Source: a virus (taxonomy: Duplodnaviria; Caudoviricetes). Taken from it: a stretch of DNA of 58,410 nt. The notes under the pieces are model-generated. The model was not told where the DNA came from. It saw only the letters and a list, made by a program, of their open reading frames with translations, and searched no databases. The stretch is taken from the IMG/VR virus record IMGVR_UViG_3300036790_000260, positions 1 through 58,410 of that record; one strand, written 5' to 3'. This document shows, in pieces, positions 45,588 to 55,234 of the stretch. The position numbers and the translations under genes are program-made. How positions within the stretch are numbered: position 1 is the first letter of the stretch; every line of letters starts with the position of its first letter.

Positions 45588-46259
45588 ATGACCGAGAAGA
45601 AGACCCCCGCAGCCTGGTGCGACCAATACGGCCTAGACGTCCTCGACCCCGACGGCTGGCGCCGCGACCACGCCCCATGGGCCGAACCCGTCACGCTCCC
45701 CGAGTTCTGGCGCCGCTTCACCGCATCCACCGTGCGCCAGTTGAGCTACACGGAATACGACCGGGTGCTCGCCGACATCCAAGCAGCCGAGTCCGAGGCA
45801 GGCCGCGCGACCACCGACACCACCGGGCGCCGCGTCCGCATCGAAACCACCCTCGGGCGCCACGGCCGACCCCACCCCCAGCACACCTCCGTCCACATCG
45901 ACGACGAAGAAATCACCGACTCCGTCGCCTCCATCCAACTCGACCTCAACGCCAACGCCGCGCACGAAGCCCAACTCCTCATCAACCGCACCGACGAGCC
46001 CCCCATCGGCAACGGCGCCCCATTCCGGCACGCGAACATCCAACCCCTCTTCGCCGCCGAACTCGCCGCGGCCGCCGAGCCACTCCAATGCCTCGCCTGC
46101 CTGATCGACCGGCACAACGGCATCCGCGAAGACGTGCGCCCCGCCATGGTCATCCTCAACGGCGCCTCCGTATGCGCCGGCCACTTCAAGATCCAAGACG
46201 GGCCCGCGCCACTGCCGGACCGCACGCCCAACGGCATTATCCTCGGACAAGGACACTGA
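45588..46259 (+). CDS. Hypothetical protein
   Basis: RBS AAGGA; DPDGWR motif. Confidence 0.6.
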   Translation: MTEKKTPAAWCDQYGLDVLDPDGWRRDHAPWAEPVTLPEFWRRFTASTVRQLSYTEYDRVLADIQAAESEAGRATTDTTGRRVRIETTLGRHGRPHPQHTSVHIDDEEITDSVASIQLDLNANAAHEAQLLINRTDEPPIGNGAPFRHANIQPLFAAELAAAAEPLQCLACLIDRHNGIREDVRPAMVILNGASVCAGHFKIQDGPAPLPDRTPNGIILGQGH

Positions 46260-46260
46260 C

Positions 46261-46581
46261 ATGGGGCGCGGAGCCATCCAGCTCGGGGCAACTCATGAAG
46301 CCTTCGCGCGCAACCTCTTCCGCCTGCGGAGTGCCCAGGACATCAGCCTACGAGAACTCGGCAAGCGCATCACCGCCGCCGAAAGATTTATCAACCACGA
46401 CGCAATCAGCAGGATCGAGAACATGCAACGCCGCGTGGACATCGACGACCTCACGGCCTTCGGACACGCGCTCGGCGTCCCCCCCGAACTGCTCCTCGCA
46501 CCGTTCGAATGTCCCCACTGCCATAGGCAGCCCCCACCCGGCTACACGTGCTCAACCTGCGGAGCCACAAGCCAACCATGA
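46261..46581 (+). CDS. XRE HTH regulator with C-terminal zinc ribbon
   Basis: NL.RLR...ISLRELG...ISRIE...RRVDIDDL; CPHC..CSTC. Confidence 0.8.
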   Translation: MGRGAIQLGATHEAFARNLFRLRSAQDISLRELGKRITAAERFINHDAISRIENMQRRVDIDDLTAFGHALGVPPELLLAPFECPHCHRQPPPGYTCSTCGATSQP

Positions 46582-46928
46582 CAAACCGCGACCCCATCAC
46601 CCCGGAACGACTCGCCGAAATCACCGACCAATACGAGGACTTCCCAGACACCCTCGAACTCCTACTCGAACTACTCGCCGTCGGCATGTCCGGCTGGCAG
46701 ATCAACCCCCACGCCCGCGACAGCTGGATCAAACAGCTCACCCTCTACCAAGCCGACCACGTCGCACTCCTCGCCGAAGTCCACCGGCTCACCACCACCA
46801 TCGATCAGATCGCCGCCCTCGAGGTCCACGGAGGCGAATTCATCGACGCCGTCCAGCTCTACGCCATCCTCGACAAGCCCATCCCCGCAACCATCGACCA
46901 CGCCGCCAACCTCAGGGAACAAGCATGA
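46578..46928 (+). CDS. Hypothetical protein (Ead/Ea22-like)
   Basis: TPERLAEI...LLAEVHRL. Confidence 0.55.
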   Translation: MTNRDPITPERLAEITDQYEDFPDTLELLLELLAVGMSGWQINPHARDSWIKQLTLYQADHVALLAEVHRLTTTIDQIAALEVHGGEFIDAVQLYAILDKPIPATIDHAANLREQA

Positions 46929-47152
46929 CAAAACAGGACGACACGGTCAAGACCGCAGATCTCCCCCACCCCTACGCGTGGGCCACCCTCAGCCGCCGCG
47001 TCCTCTGCCCCAACCTCACACCATGCACAGACTGCCTCGCAGCCGACCCCAATGCCATGAGCTCATGGACCTGGACGGAAGCAGACGACCTCCCACCCGT
47101 CCTCGACCACATCCTGCACGCCGCCAACCTCCGCACACAGGAACCGGCATGA
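46925..47152 (+). CDS. Hypothetical protein
   Basis: Coupled at both ends. Confidence 0.5.
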   Translation: MTKQDDTVKTADLPHPYAWATLSRRVLCPNLTPCTDCLAADPNAMSSWTWTEADDLPPVLDHILHAANLRTQEPA

Positions 47153-47529
47153 ACGCATACTTCGGACAACCCTGGAACGCACCCATCACCGACGGCCAGC
47201 GCCGCGAGCCCACACCCATCGGCAACCCATGCGCCTGGTGCCAGGTCCCAATCGCCACCGGCGACCAAGGCATCCTCATGGGCGCCATCACCGGAACCCC
47301 CGACAAACCCATGGCCACACGCGTGCCCTACCACCGCGAATGCCTCATGCGCTCCACCATCGGCTCACCCGCACACCTCGACGGCAACTGCACCTGCCGG
47401 GATGGTCACCCGGCGCCCGAGCAGACCCCCCAGGAGATGCGCGCCGAAGCACTCGAAGTCTGGCGCCGCGTCACATCAGGCCAAATCGGGCACTTCAGCA
47501 AACCAGCAGGAGACCCTACCCCCGAGTAA
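47149..47529 (+). CDS. Hypothetical Cys/His protein
   Basis: CAWC...HRECL..S..G...HL...C.C. Confidence 0.6.
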   Translation: MNAYFGQPWNAPITDGQRREPTPIGNPCAWCQVPIATGDQGILMGAITGTPDKPMATRVPYHRECLMRSTIGSPAHLDGNCTCRDGHPAPEQTPQEMRAEALEVWRRVTSGQIGHFSKPAGDPTPE

Positions 47530-47646
47530 CCCGCCACACGCGGCAGCTGACCCCAACCACCACCACGCCTACACTGACCGGGAGGGAAACGAAACAGCAT
47601 TCACGCTGACCAGCGACCCCACGAAATGGAAGGGGAGGACAACACC

Positions 47647-48108
47647 ATGACACCCACCCCCACAGACAGCGACGCATCATGCGCCCAATACGACCTCGAC
47701 GTCTGGACCCTCAAACGCCAAGGCCTCTCCTTCCAAGCCGTCGCCGACCGCCTCGGCATGAGCAAAGCCGCAGCGTTCCGCGCATTCGAACGAGCCCAAC
47801 ACAACCTCCCACCCCAAGGCGTCGACGGCTACCGCGCCGAAATGTACGCCCGCATCAACGCCGCCCGCGAGGCCGTGATGGACGTCCTCAACGCACGGCA
47901 CATCACGATCAACAACGGCGTCATCATCCGGGAAGACGGCACACCCGTCCTCGACGACGCGCCCGTCCTCGCCGCGGTAGACCGGCTGGTCAAGTTGGAC
48001 GACCAGGAGGCGAAGCTCCGCGGCGCCTACCCGAAGACCGAGGTCAACCTGAGCGGCGCGCTCAGGTACGAAGTCGTCATCCAGGACACGGCGAACGAGC
48101 AGCCGTGA
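47647..48108 (+). CDS. terS: Putative terminase small subunit (N-terminal HTH)
   Basis: GLSFQAVADRLGMSK HTH; RBS GGAGG; upstream of terL. Confidence 0.6.
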   Translation: MTPTPTDSDASCAQYDLDVWTLKRQGLSFQAVADRLGMSKAAAFRAFERAQHNLPPQGVDGYRAEMYARINAAREAVMDVLNARHITINNGVIIREDGTPVLDDAPVLAAVDRLVKLDDQEAKLRGAYPKTEVNLSGALRYEVVIQDTANEQP

Positions 48109-48175
48109 GCGACGAGGAGCTCGCCGGCACGTGGATCCACCGGTCGCCGCACGACTGCCCGACCTGGGTGCGCGG

Positions 48176-48439
48176 ATGAGCCTCCGTCGGTGGCCGCCCG
48201 CGCCGCCGCCGCGCGGGCACCGGCAGGCGTGCTCCCACGAACACCGGGTGCCTGTGGAGCTCATACGGTCCGGCGACGTCGTCGCGCAGCTATGCCTGAA
48301 CTGCGATGCCCAGTTGGCGCCTGACTGGATTCCGCGCATGTCCTGGTGCCCATATGGGGAACTCCCAACGTTTCCGCCGGTTCACCCGCTGCCGCCGTAC
48401 GTGCCCGAGCCGGGCCTGACGCGCAGGATCCAAGAATGA
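48176..48439 (+). CDS. Hypothetical zinc-binding protein
   Basis: CSH...G.VVAQLCLNCDAQL; paralog of 54893-55234. Confidence 0.55.
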   Translation: MSLRRWPPAPPPRGHRQACSHEHRVPVELIRSGDVVAQLCLNCDAQLAPDWIPRMSWCPYGELPTFPPVHPLPPYVPEPGLTRRIQE

Positions 48440-49755
48440 CCGCGGGCGCGCCGACGATCGTGCAGTTCGAAGCGCGCGGCGCCGTCGCCAAGGCCTTCAG
48501 ATCGCAGGACGGCGAAGTCCTACTGTCGGGCGCCGCCGGAACAGGCAAGAGCGTCGGCGCCCTCATGAAGGTGCACCTCGCGATGCTCGACCACCCCGGC
48601 GCCCGCGCACTCGTCCTGCGCAAGACACACGCGTCGCTGACCGCCTCCACGCTGGTCACCTACCGGCAGCACGTCGCGGCCGAAGCCCTCGCATCCGGGA
48701 TCGTGAAGTACTACGGCGGATCCGGCGAAGAGCCCGCCGCATACCGGTTCTCGAACAAGTCCGCCGTCGTGGTCGGCGGCCTGGACCGCGCCAGCCGGCT
48801 GCTGTCGACCGAGTACGACATCGTGTTCGTCGACGAGGCCACGGAGACGACCGCGGAAGACCTCGACACGATCGTGACCCGGCTGCGGCACGGCGTGATG
48901 CCCTACCAGCAGCTCCTCATGAGCACCAACCCCGGAAGCCCCACCCACCACCTGAAGATGCGCGCGGACGCGGGCCGCTGCAAGCTCTTCTACTCGCGGC
49001 ACGAAGACAACCCGCGCATGTACCAGAACGGCGCGTGGACGCCGTACGGGCTGACCTACCTCGCCCGGCTCGAAACCCTCACCGGGGCCCGCTACCAGCG
49101 GATGCGGTGGGGCAAGTGGGTGAGCGCCGAGGGCCTGATCTACGAGGACTTCGACCCGTCGGTGCACATCGTCGACCGGTTCCCGCTCCCGGAGGGCGCG
49201 ACCACCTGGGTGACGGTGGACTTCGGCTTCAACCATCCCTTCGTGGCGCAGGTGTGGTTCGAGGACGGGGACGGCCGGCTGTTCCTGGTGCGGGAGATCT
49301 TCGCGACCGGCGGCCTGGTCGAGGACCATGCGCGGCGGTTGAAGGCGCTGCTGGCCGAGATGGGGATCCGGCCGCGTGCGGTGATCTGCGACCACGACGC
49401 CGAAGACCGGGCCACCCTGGAACGCCACCTGGGGATGGGGACTTCGGCGGCGCACAAGTCGGTGAGCGACGGCATTCAGGCGGTGCAGTCCCGGCTGCGG
49501 GTGCAGGGGGACGGCCGGGCGCGGCTGTTCTTGATGCGGGACGCGGTGGTGAAGCGGGATCCGGTGTTGGTGGAGGCGTCGCGGCCGGCGTGTACGGAGG
49601 AGGAGTTTCCGTCGTATGTGTGGGCGATCAAGCCGGGGGGGGATTTGAAGGAGGAGCCGGTGAAGGAGATGGATGACGGGATGGACGCGCTGCGGTACAT
49701 GGTGGCTGAGCGTGATCTGGGTGCGCAGCCCCGCTACCGGTCGTTCCGGTACTAG
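48436..49755 (+). CDS. terL: Terminase large subunit (PBSX-like)
   Basis: Walker A GAAGTGKS, Walker B VFVDEA, STNPG, VDFGF, DDGMDALRY. Confidence 0.93.
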   Translation: MTAGAPTIVQFEARGAVAKAFRSQDGEVLLSGAAGTGKSVGALMKVHLAMLDHPGARALVLRKTHASLTASTLVTYRQHVAAEALASGIVKYYGGSGEEPAAYRFSNKSAVVVGGLDRASRLLSTEYDIVFVDEATETTAEDLDTIVTRLRHGVMPYQQLLMSTNPGSPTHHLKMRADAGRCKLFYSRHEDNPRMYQNGAWTPYGLTYLARLETLTGARYQRMRWGKWVSAEGLIYEDFDPSVHIVDRFPLPEGATTWVTVDFGFNHPFVAQVWFEDGDGRLFLVREIFATGGLVEDHARRLKALLAEMGIRPRAVICDHDAEDRATLERHLGMGTSAAHKSVSDGIQAVQSRLRVQGDGRARLFLMRDAVVKRDPVLVEASRPACTEEEFPSYVWAIKPGGDLKEEPVKEMDDGMDALRYMVAERDLGAQPRYRSFRY

Positions 49756-49979
49756 CCCGCACGGAAATTCCCGATCACATGCCCCGAAGGACCGTCCGAC
49801 GCGACCTCCTCGCACTTCAGGTTGCCGCCGTCCGCCTGGAAGCCGTTGTAGTCGCCGAACGGCGGCGTGCCCGTCGTAGCGATCGTCATCGCCTCTTCGG
49901 CGTCTGCGGCGCGCAGGAGCACGGCCTTGAACTCGTCGTAGCCGCATTCGTCGGTCCGGGTGATCAGGAACAGGGGCAT
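49752..49979 (-). CDS. Hypothetical protein
   Basis: RBS AAGGAG; GYDEF...V.RAA..EEA. Confidence 0.6.
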   Translation of the reverse strand: MPLFLITRTDECGYDEFKAVLLRAADAEEAMTIATTGTPPFGDYNGFQADGGNLKCEEVASDGPSGHVIGNFRAG

Positions 49980-49990
49980 CGTAGATCTCC

Positions 49991-50554
49991 TTAGGCTGCG
50001 AGCAGGTGTGCGGTGCGCTTGTATGCGCGTGCGCCGGCCTCGAGGTCGGTCACGTCCGTGTACTTCATGGTGTGCCAGATCCGTCCGCGGAGGATGACGC
50101 GTCCGCCGTGTTCGGGCTCGGTGTGGTGGGTGGCGCGGTACTGCTTGGCGACGGCGCGGCCGAACGCGGACTCGTACTTGGCGATGAATTCGTCGTCGAG
50201 GCCGAGGGAGACGAGGTAGTCGCGGGCGAGGGTGCGTCCGGAGTTGGCGCAGGCGATGCGGGCGCGCTGGTGGTGGTCTATGACGCGGGCGGCGTGCTCG
50301 ATGGCGGTGCGGCGTGCCTGGGTGCGGGCTGCGGTGCGGCGTGCGGCGCGGCTGGTGCGGGGTGCGCGGTGCTTGCCGGGGTGGGGGCGGTCGGTGGTGG
50401 GGCGGATGAGTCGGGCGATGGTGGAGGTGCGGATCGTCCAGCGGCGGCCGGTCTTGACGGCGGTGAGTAGGCCGGTGCGGCACCAGGTGGCGATGGTGTG
50501 TGCGGTGGTGTGGAGGAGGGTGGCGGCTTCGTGGGTGGTTCGGGTCTGCGTCAT
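49991..50554 (-). CDS. HTH_17 (excisionase-like) domain protein
   Basis: TTHEAA.LL.....TI..WCR.G.L.A.K.GRRW.I; leaderless TACGAT. Confidence 0.75.
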   Translation of the reverse strand: MTQTRTTHEAATLLHTTAHTIATWCRTGLLTAVKTGRRWTIRTSTIARLIRPTTDRPHPGKHRAPRTSRAARRTAARTQARRTAIEHAARVIDHHQRARIACANSGRTLARDYLVSLGLDDEFIAKYESAFGRAVAKQYRATHHTEPEHGGRVILRGRIWHTMKYTDVTDLEAGARAYKRTAHLLAA

Positions 50555-50627
50555 GACTCCATCGTAGGGCAAGTCATGCAACTGCACAAGGTTGTGTCCA
50601 TGCGGAATAAGGACTACCTTCATGACC

Positions 50628-50849
50628 ATGGCAACCACGCCCCGCTACATCTCCGCCAACCTCACCCCCCACGCCGCCACCGCACTCCGCGACCTAAGCG
50701 CCGCAATGACCATCCAGAAAGGACACCGCGTCACCACCTCCCAACTCATCACCGCACTCGTCGGCCTCGGCCAGAAAGACCACACCGCACTCCTCACCGA
50801 ACTCAGCCGCCGCACCGTCGTGCTCGACGACGAAGAGGACGCCTCATGA
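50628..50849 (+). CDS. Small putative ribbon-helix-helix regulator
   Basis: YISANLT..A..ALR.L...VT.SQLI; leaderless TACCTT. Confidence 0.55.
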   Translation: MATTPRYISANLTPHAATALRDLSAAMTIQKGHRVTTSQLITALVGLGQKDHTALLTELSRRTVVLDDEEDAS

Positions 50850-51250
50850 AGACCACCTACGAGCTGCTCTCCCGCTCCAACCCCAACCGCGGGTTCACCG
50901 ACCGGCACGGCACCTTCGACACCAGGCTCGAAGCCGCCCGCGCCGTCACCAACCCCCAGGACTGGAAGATCAGCCCGAACCCCGGCTACTGGTACACCGG
51001 GCCGCGCCCCGACGGCGAATGGCTGATCGCCGAGCGCGCTGTTCCCGAGAACATCGAGGAGCGCGTCGAGCTGGCGCTCGAACTGTGCGCCTCCTTCGGG
51101 CAGACCGATGGCGACCACCACAAGATGTGGGTGATCGATCAGACGGTGCGGCTGCTGACCGGCGACGCCTATGAGGAGTGGCTGGTGGACTTCCGGGCTG
51201 GCGAGGATGGCCCGGACACGTACACGTGGGATGAAGGGATCGCACCGTGA
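50846..51250 (+). CDS. Phage hypothetical protein
   Basis: DGDHHK.WVIDQ.VR.L...GEDG.....WDEGIAP. Confidence 0.65.
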   Translation: MKTTYELLSRSNPNRGFTDRHGTFDTRLEAARAVTNPQDWKISPNPGYWYTGPRPDGEWLIAERAVPENIEERVELALELCASFGQTDGDHHKMWVIDQTVRLLTGDAYEEWLVDFRAGEDGPDTYTWDEGIAP

Positions 51251-51471
51251 CGATCATGCGCGTCGCCGTCCGTAACGGCTACGTCCTGACCTACGACACC
51301 GACGACGTCGAGGACCTCACCTTCGCGGTCCCGATAGACGTCATCGACCTGACCCAGCCCGAGGATCTGTACTTCACCCGCGGGCCGGGCCGGGTTCACC
51401 TCGACTTGCACATCGACTTCAAGGACGGCAAGCGCCCCATCTGGATCACCGACGAGGAGCACCCGGAATGA
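51247..51471 (+). CDS. Hypothetical protein
   Basis: Coupled at both ends. Confidence 0.55.
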   Translation: MTIMRVAVRNGYVLTYDTDDVEDLTFAVPIDVIDLTQPEDLYFTRGPGRVHLDLHIDFKDGKRPIWITDEEHPE

Positions 51472-51629
51472 GGGTCGGTCTCGGGTTCGGTGTCGGGCCG
51501 CTCCGGTTCTGGGTGCCCCTCGCATCCACCCGACGCCGGTCGCACCGCGAGTACTGGACCCACAACGGCTGCGGTATCCATCACACGCGGCAGGACACCG
51601 CCGACCGATGCCGCAACGGGAGAACCTGA
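51468..51629 (+). CDS. 53-aa hypothetical protein (absent from ORF track)
   Basis: ATGA overlap at start, TGATG at end; H..C...H.....A.RC. Confidence 0.55.
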   Translation: MRVGLGFGVGPLRFWVPLASTRRRSHREYWTHNGCGIHHTRQDTADRCRNGRT

Positions 51630-51841
51630 TGCGGGTGATCACGGATTGGCTCACCGCCCAAGGCCGTACCCGCTTCATCGCGGGCGACATGCTGCCCACC
51701 GGCGTCCGCGCGGCCCTGGGGGAGCTTCTGTACGAACACTGGCGTGCCATCGGGTTCCAACAACCCTTCCACGCGGACGAGCTGATCACCGCAGTTCAGG
51801 CCAACGCCGCACTCGACTGGAAGGAAACAGCCGATGCCTAA
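51629..51841 (+). CDS. Hypothetical protein
   Basis: TGATG-coupled start. Confidence 0.5.
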   Translation: MRVITDWLTAQGRTRFIAGDMLPTGVRAALGELLYEHWRAIGFQQPFHADELITAVQANAALDWKETADA

Positions 51842-52031
51842 AATCCTATCCGTGGCATGGCGATATGCCATCTGCCTCCTCGGGGGCGGCGCGGCCGGCG
51901 TTCTAACTGCAGCGAACTGGCCCAACCCGGACAGCGTTGCCGCAGGCGCACTTCTCGGCGTAGGCGGCATCGTCATCGGCCATGTTCTCGGCATGTGGTG
52001 GGCATCCTCATGGGCCGAAGGAAACAGCTGA
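51834..52031 (+). CDS. Small two-TM membrane protein
   Basis: Two hydrophobic segments. Confidence 0.5.
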   Translation: MPKILSVAWRYAICLLGGGAAGVLTAANWPNPDSVAAGALLGVGGIVIGHVLGMWWASSWAEGNS

Positions 52032-52258
52032 TGCCTGAGACGAGCAAGTACATGCCGTTCCAGCGCTGCGGCTATACCGTCTGCTACGTCCATCCGGCCT
52101 TCAAGGAAGACTTCCCACGCGTGCGCGTCGCGAAGGGCCTATGGGCCATCTACCTCGATGCGGCGCACTACGACGAGGACCTGGCCGACGATGAGGTGTT
52201 CGGGCCGTTCATGGACGCGTGCTTTGCCGACGCCAAGCGCGAACAGGCCGCACCGTGA
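52031..52258 (+). CDS. Hypothetical protein
   Basis: TGATG coupling. Confidence 0.5.
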   Translation: MPETSKYMPFQRCGYTVCYVHPAFKEDFPRVRVAKGLWAIYLDAAHYDEDLADDEVFGPFMDACFADAKREQAAP

Positions 52259-52304
52259 CCCCCACCTCCCGCACAACCATCCCGCCCTCACCAGGAGCAA
52301 GCCG

Positions 52305-52544
52305 ATGACGCCGCGCACCGCTGAGGAATGCCGCGAGCAGCTCCTCGCCTCCATCCACGAGGTAGGCGGCGAATGGACCGGCTCGAAAGTCGCACGCTGG
52401 TGGAACCTGCGCTACGGCACCGAGATCACGCGTTGGCGCGGCGAACGCCACCTGTGGATCCTCGCCGCGGACCGCCACATCGTGCAGACCCGGCCGCCGC
52501 GCGGCCGCACCTTCATCACCAACCCCGACCAGGAGCCATCGTGA
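52305..52544 (+). CDS. Hypothetical protein (possible winged helix)
   Basis: RBS AGGAG. Confidence 0.55.
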   Translation: MTPRTAEECREQLLASIHEVGGEWTGSKVARWWNLRYGTEITRWRGERHLWILAADRHIVQTRPPRGRTFITNPDQEPS

Positions 52545-53053
52545 CCGAGCCCGGCGTTTTCGAACGCATCGCCACCGCCCTCGAAACCATCGCCACCACC
52601 CTCACCGGCGAAACCCCCAGCGCCCGCACACCGCGGGCGCCCGACGCCGCCGACGCCCGGTTCGAATGGGAGCCAGCCACCGAACACGCCCCGCTGCCCA
52701 CGCTGCCGGAGCCCACCCCGCCGGAAGAGCGCTGCGGGTTCCTCATCGAGCAGTACACGCATCCGCTGGACCGTTCCACGATCATCACCCAGATCTCGAA
52801 AGCCGGGGCGAGCGTGCTGCTCGACCGCGAGGAAGCCGCGCGGCTGGCCGCCCTGGGCGACGAGGAGTTCACCACGACCATGGCCACGCGCCTGGCGGAA
52901 GTGCTCGCGGAACGCCACCGTGAGGCGCGTGCGGCCGCGCCCGACCCGGCCGTGGCGTCCTTGGCGTCCGACGTCTCGGATGAGGAGCGCGAGCGTGAGT
53001 GGGCGCGCACAGCGACCGGTGCCCGAACAGACGGGGACAATGGCCGTGGCTGA
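52541..53053 (+). CDS. Hypothetical protein
   Basis: GTGA coupling. Confidence 0.55.
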   Translation: MTEPGVFERIATALETIATTLTGETPSARTPRAPDAADARFEWEPATEHAPLPTLPEPTPPEERCGFLIEQYTHPLDRSTIITQISKAGASVLLDREEAARLAALGDEEFTTTMATRLAEVLAERHREARAAAPDPAVASLASDVSDEEREREWARTATGARTDGDNGRG

Positions 53054-53321
53054 CTACCTGTACGTCCTCGCCAAAACCGTGGCCTCCTTCGCGGCCTGGT
53101 GTCGCGACCACGGCTTTTCTCCCAACGACCCGCGGCTACTACGGCTCATTCCGCCCGACTGCAACAGGCTCCTCGGGACGTCCGGTATCAGATATGTGTA
53201 TGCGGATGCCGATCCGGAGTGCAGGAACGCGTTCGACGTGATGCTTGAGGTGCGCGGGGCAGTCGAGTTGACCGGGGAAGAAGCTGTTGCGTGGCTGGAC
53301 GACGGTGGCACTCGTGTCTGA
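53040..53321 (+). CDS. Hypothetical protein
   Basis: Overlapping ORF in operon. Confidence 0.5.
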   Translation: MAVADYLYVLAKTVASFAAWCRDHGFSPNDPRLLRLIPPDCNRLLGTSGIRYVYADADPECRNAFDVMLEVRGAVELTGEEAVAWLDDGGTRV

Positions 53322-53697
53322 CCTGGTGGCGTTCCTCACCGCACGCTACGACGAGCGCCAGTACGCGGCCGAAGCGGCCGAGCGCACGGGCCGCTGGGAA
53401 GACCTGGCATGGCCCGGCTCGTACGGCATCATCGAGGTGGTGGCGACCGAGCACATCCTCGCGTGGTCGCCCAAGTTCGTGCTCGCCGACATCGCATCCA
53501 AGCGGGCCCTGATTCAGCTCGCCTTCCGATATGCCGCCGATTTCGACCGGCGATCGGGATGCGGCCACACGGTCGAGCAGATCGCTACCGGAGCGTGCCC
53601 CTTCGTTGGCGAAATGGAATCGATGGATCTCCTGCGCATGCTCGCTGCGCCGTACGCGGAGCATCCGGACTATCAGCGGGAATGGGCGGTCGCGTGA
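53314..53697 (+). CDS. DUF6221-like protein
   Basis: DLVAFLTAR.DE...VLADI..KR...LA.PYA.HPDY..EW. Confidence 0.8.
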   Translation: MSDLVAFLTARYDERQYAAEAAERTGRWEDLAWPGSYGIIEVVATEHILAWSPKFVLADIASKRALIQLAFRYAADFDRRSGCGHTVEQIATGACPFVGEMESMDLLRMLAAPYAEHPDYQREWAVA

Positions 53698-54113
53698 TGG
53701 ACCTGACCGAGTTCTTGACCGCACGCTACGACGAAGAGGCGGTCGCGCTCAAGCGGATCGAGGATCACAGCGAGCCGTGGCGCGGCGAGTGGGTCATCAA
53801 GGCGTCCACGCTATACACGTACAACGGCTGGTGCCTGGCAGTGACGGCCCGTGGCTACCCGATGGATCCGCAGGTGCTCGCTCACATCGTCCGCTACGAC
53901 CCGTCCCGCGTCGCGGCTGAGCTCAACGCCAAGCGGGAGATCCTCACGCTGCACGCGCCCTTCCCCAACGACCGCGATGGCTTCATCTGCGACCGGTGTG
54001 GCAGCGGCGAGCCGTACGAATACCCGGTCGACTGGCCGTGCACCACGGTCAAGCTGCTGGCTTCCGTCTACAGCGGGCACCCGGACTTCGACCCGGCATG
54101 GAGGACCGAATGA
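53697..54113 (+). CDS. DUF6221-like protein, tandem paralog
   Basis: DLTEFLTAR.DE...HIVRYDP.RV.AE..AKR...WPC.T..LLA.VY..HPDF. Confidence 0.8.
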   Translation: MDLTEFLTARYDEEAVALKRIEDHSEPWRGEWVIKASTLYTYNGWCLAVTARGYPMDPQVLAHIVRYDPSRVAAELNAKREILTLHAPFPNDRDGFICDRCGSGEPYEYPVDWPCTTVKLLASVYSGHPDFDPAWRTE

Positions 54114-54307
54114 GCGCCCCGTTGAACCTCACCCCCGAGCAGCTCCACCAGCTCGCTACCGCGCTGGAACGCCTGACCGAGATCACCAAGGACACCGACG
54201 TGAGTTTCACCTCGCACGGCGAGCTTTCCGCGGAGATCGGCGACAGCAACCTGCAGGTCTGGCACAACGGTGAGCAGTACGTGGTGAAGGACTGTAATGG
54301 CCGCTGA
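54110..54307 (+). CDS. Hypothetical protein
   Basis: ATGA coupling. Confidence 0.55.
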   Translation: MSAPLNLTPEQLHQLATALERLTEITKDTDVSFTSHGELSAEIGDSNLQVWHNGEQYVVKDCNGR

Positions 54308-54509
54308 GAACCTCGACTGGTTGTGGTGGTTCCTAGGCGTGCTTGCCGTCCTGGGGGCGGTGAGCTTCGTGCGCGGGTATTGGTCCGGTGTGAAGCCGCA
54401 CTGGCCAGAGATCCGGACGGAACTCCGGCTGCTCCGTGTGGAGCTCCGTGAGCGGCGTGCGGATCGGCGTGTGGTGAAGCGGATCGAGAGGATAAAACGC
54501 CATGGCTGA
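54297..54509 (+). CDS. Small membrane protein
   Basis: N-terminal TM, basic tail. Confidence 0.5.
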   Translation: MAAENLDWLWWFLGVLAVLGAVSFVRGYWSGVKPHWPEIRTELRLLRVELRERRADRRVVKRIERIKRHG

Positions 54510-54771
54510 TCTCGACGCACAGATCCGTGCGCGGCTCGCGTGGCTTGAGAATGCCCAGTGCTTTGACGATCAGGGCTGCGATTTCCAAGAGCATGACAGC
54601 ACCATCTTTGGGATGCGCGCCGCGCTCCTCGCCGTGCTCGAAATGCTCCGGCGCGCGGCCGAGGACTGGACGAACGTGAGCGAGACCGCCTACGACGCCG
54701 GTCGGCGGTGGGCGCTTGAGCAGGCGGTCAGTGAGATCGCTGAGAAACTCGGAATCGAGGCACCATCATGA
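54502..54771 (+). CDS. Hypothetical protein
   Basis: Overlapping ORF. Confidence 0.55.
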   Translation: MADLDAQIRARLAWLENAQCFDDQGCDFQEHDSTIFGMRAALLAVLEMLRRAAEDWTNVSETAYDAGRRWALEQAVSEIAEKLGIEAPS

Positions 54772-54893
54772 CCACCCAGGTCAACCGCCGCGCCACCACA
54801 TGGCTGTGGCATGTCGCGGCCGTCGTGCTCGTCCTCAGCATGCTGACACTGTTCGGGGTCGTGGCGTGGGACATCACCCGAGGAGCGCTCTGA
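54768..54893 (+). CDS. 41-aa membrane peptide
   Basis: Coupled both ends; single TM. Confidence 0.45.
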   Translation: MTTQVNRRATTWLWHVAAVVLVLSMLTLFGVVAWDITRGAL

Positions 54894-55234
54894 TGGCCCA
54901 CAAAGCGCCCCGCTCGCTACCCCCATCCCCACCACCGCGCAGCAAGCCCCCATGCATCCATCTGGATACCGTCGAAGTCCGCACCACCGACGGCGAACTC
55001 GTCGCACAGCTATGCCTAGCCTGCGACACGCAGCTCGACGCCGGGGGACTCGACGAACACGCCCGGGCCGCGCATGCGCTCCTCGCCGCCGGATTCAGTG
55101 CGAAGAACGTTTTCGAGATGACCTGCGGGCAGCCGGCCGAACGATGCGGTGCCAGGCTGGATGTAACGGGGATGTCCGACGCGACACCGCAGTATCTGCA
55201 TGGCTGCTATGGCGCCGAGGGGAGCGGTTCCTGA
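54893..55234 (+). CDS. Hypothetical zinc-binding protein
   Basis: CIH...GELVAQLCLACDTQL; paralog of 48176-48439. Confidence 0.55.
   Translation: MAHKAPRSLPPSPPPRSKPPCIHLDTVEVRTTDGELVAQLCLACDTQLDAGGLDEHARAAHALLAAGFSAKNVFEMTCGQPAERCGARLDVTGMSDATPQYLHGCYGAEGSGS

Noticed and set aside
48105-48179. 24-codon ORF coupled between terS and the next gene
   Set aside because: Coupling is suggestive, but it is too short to support as a gene without homologues.
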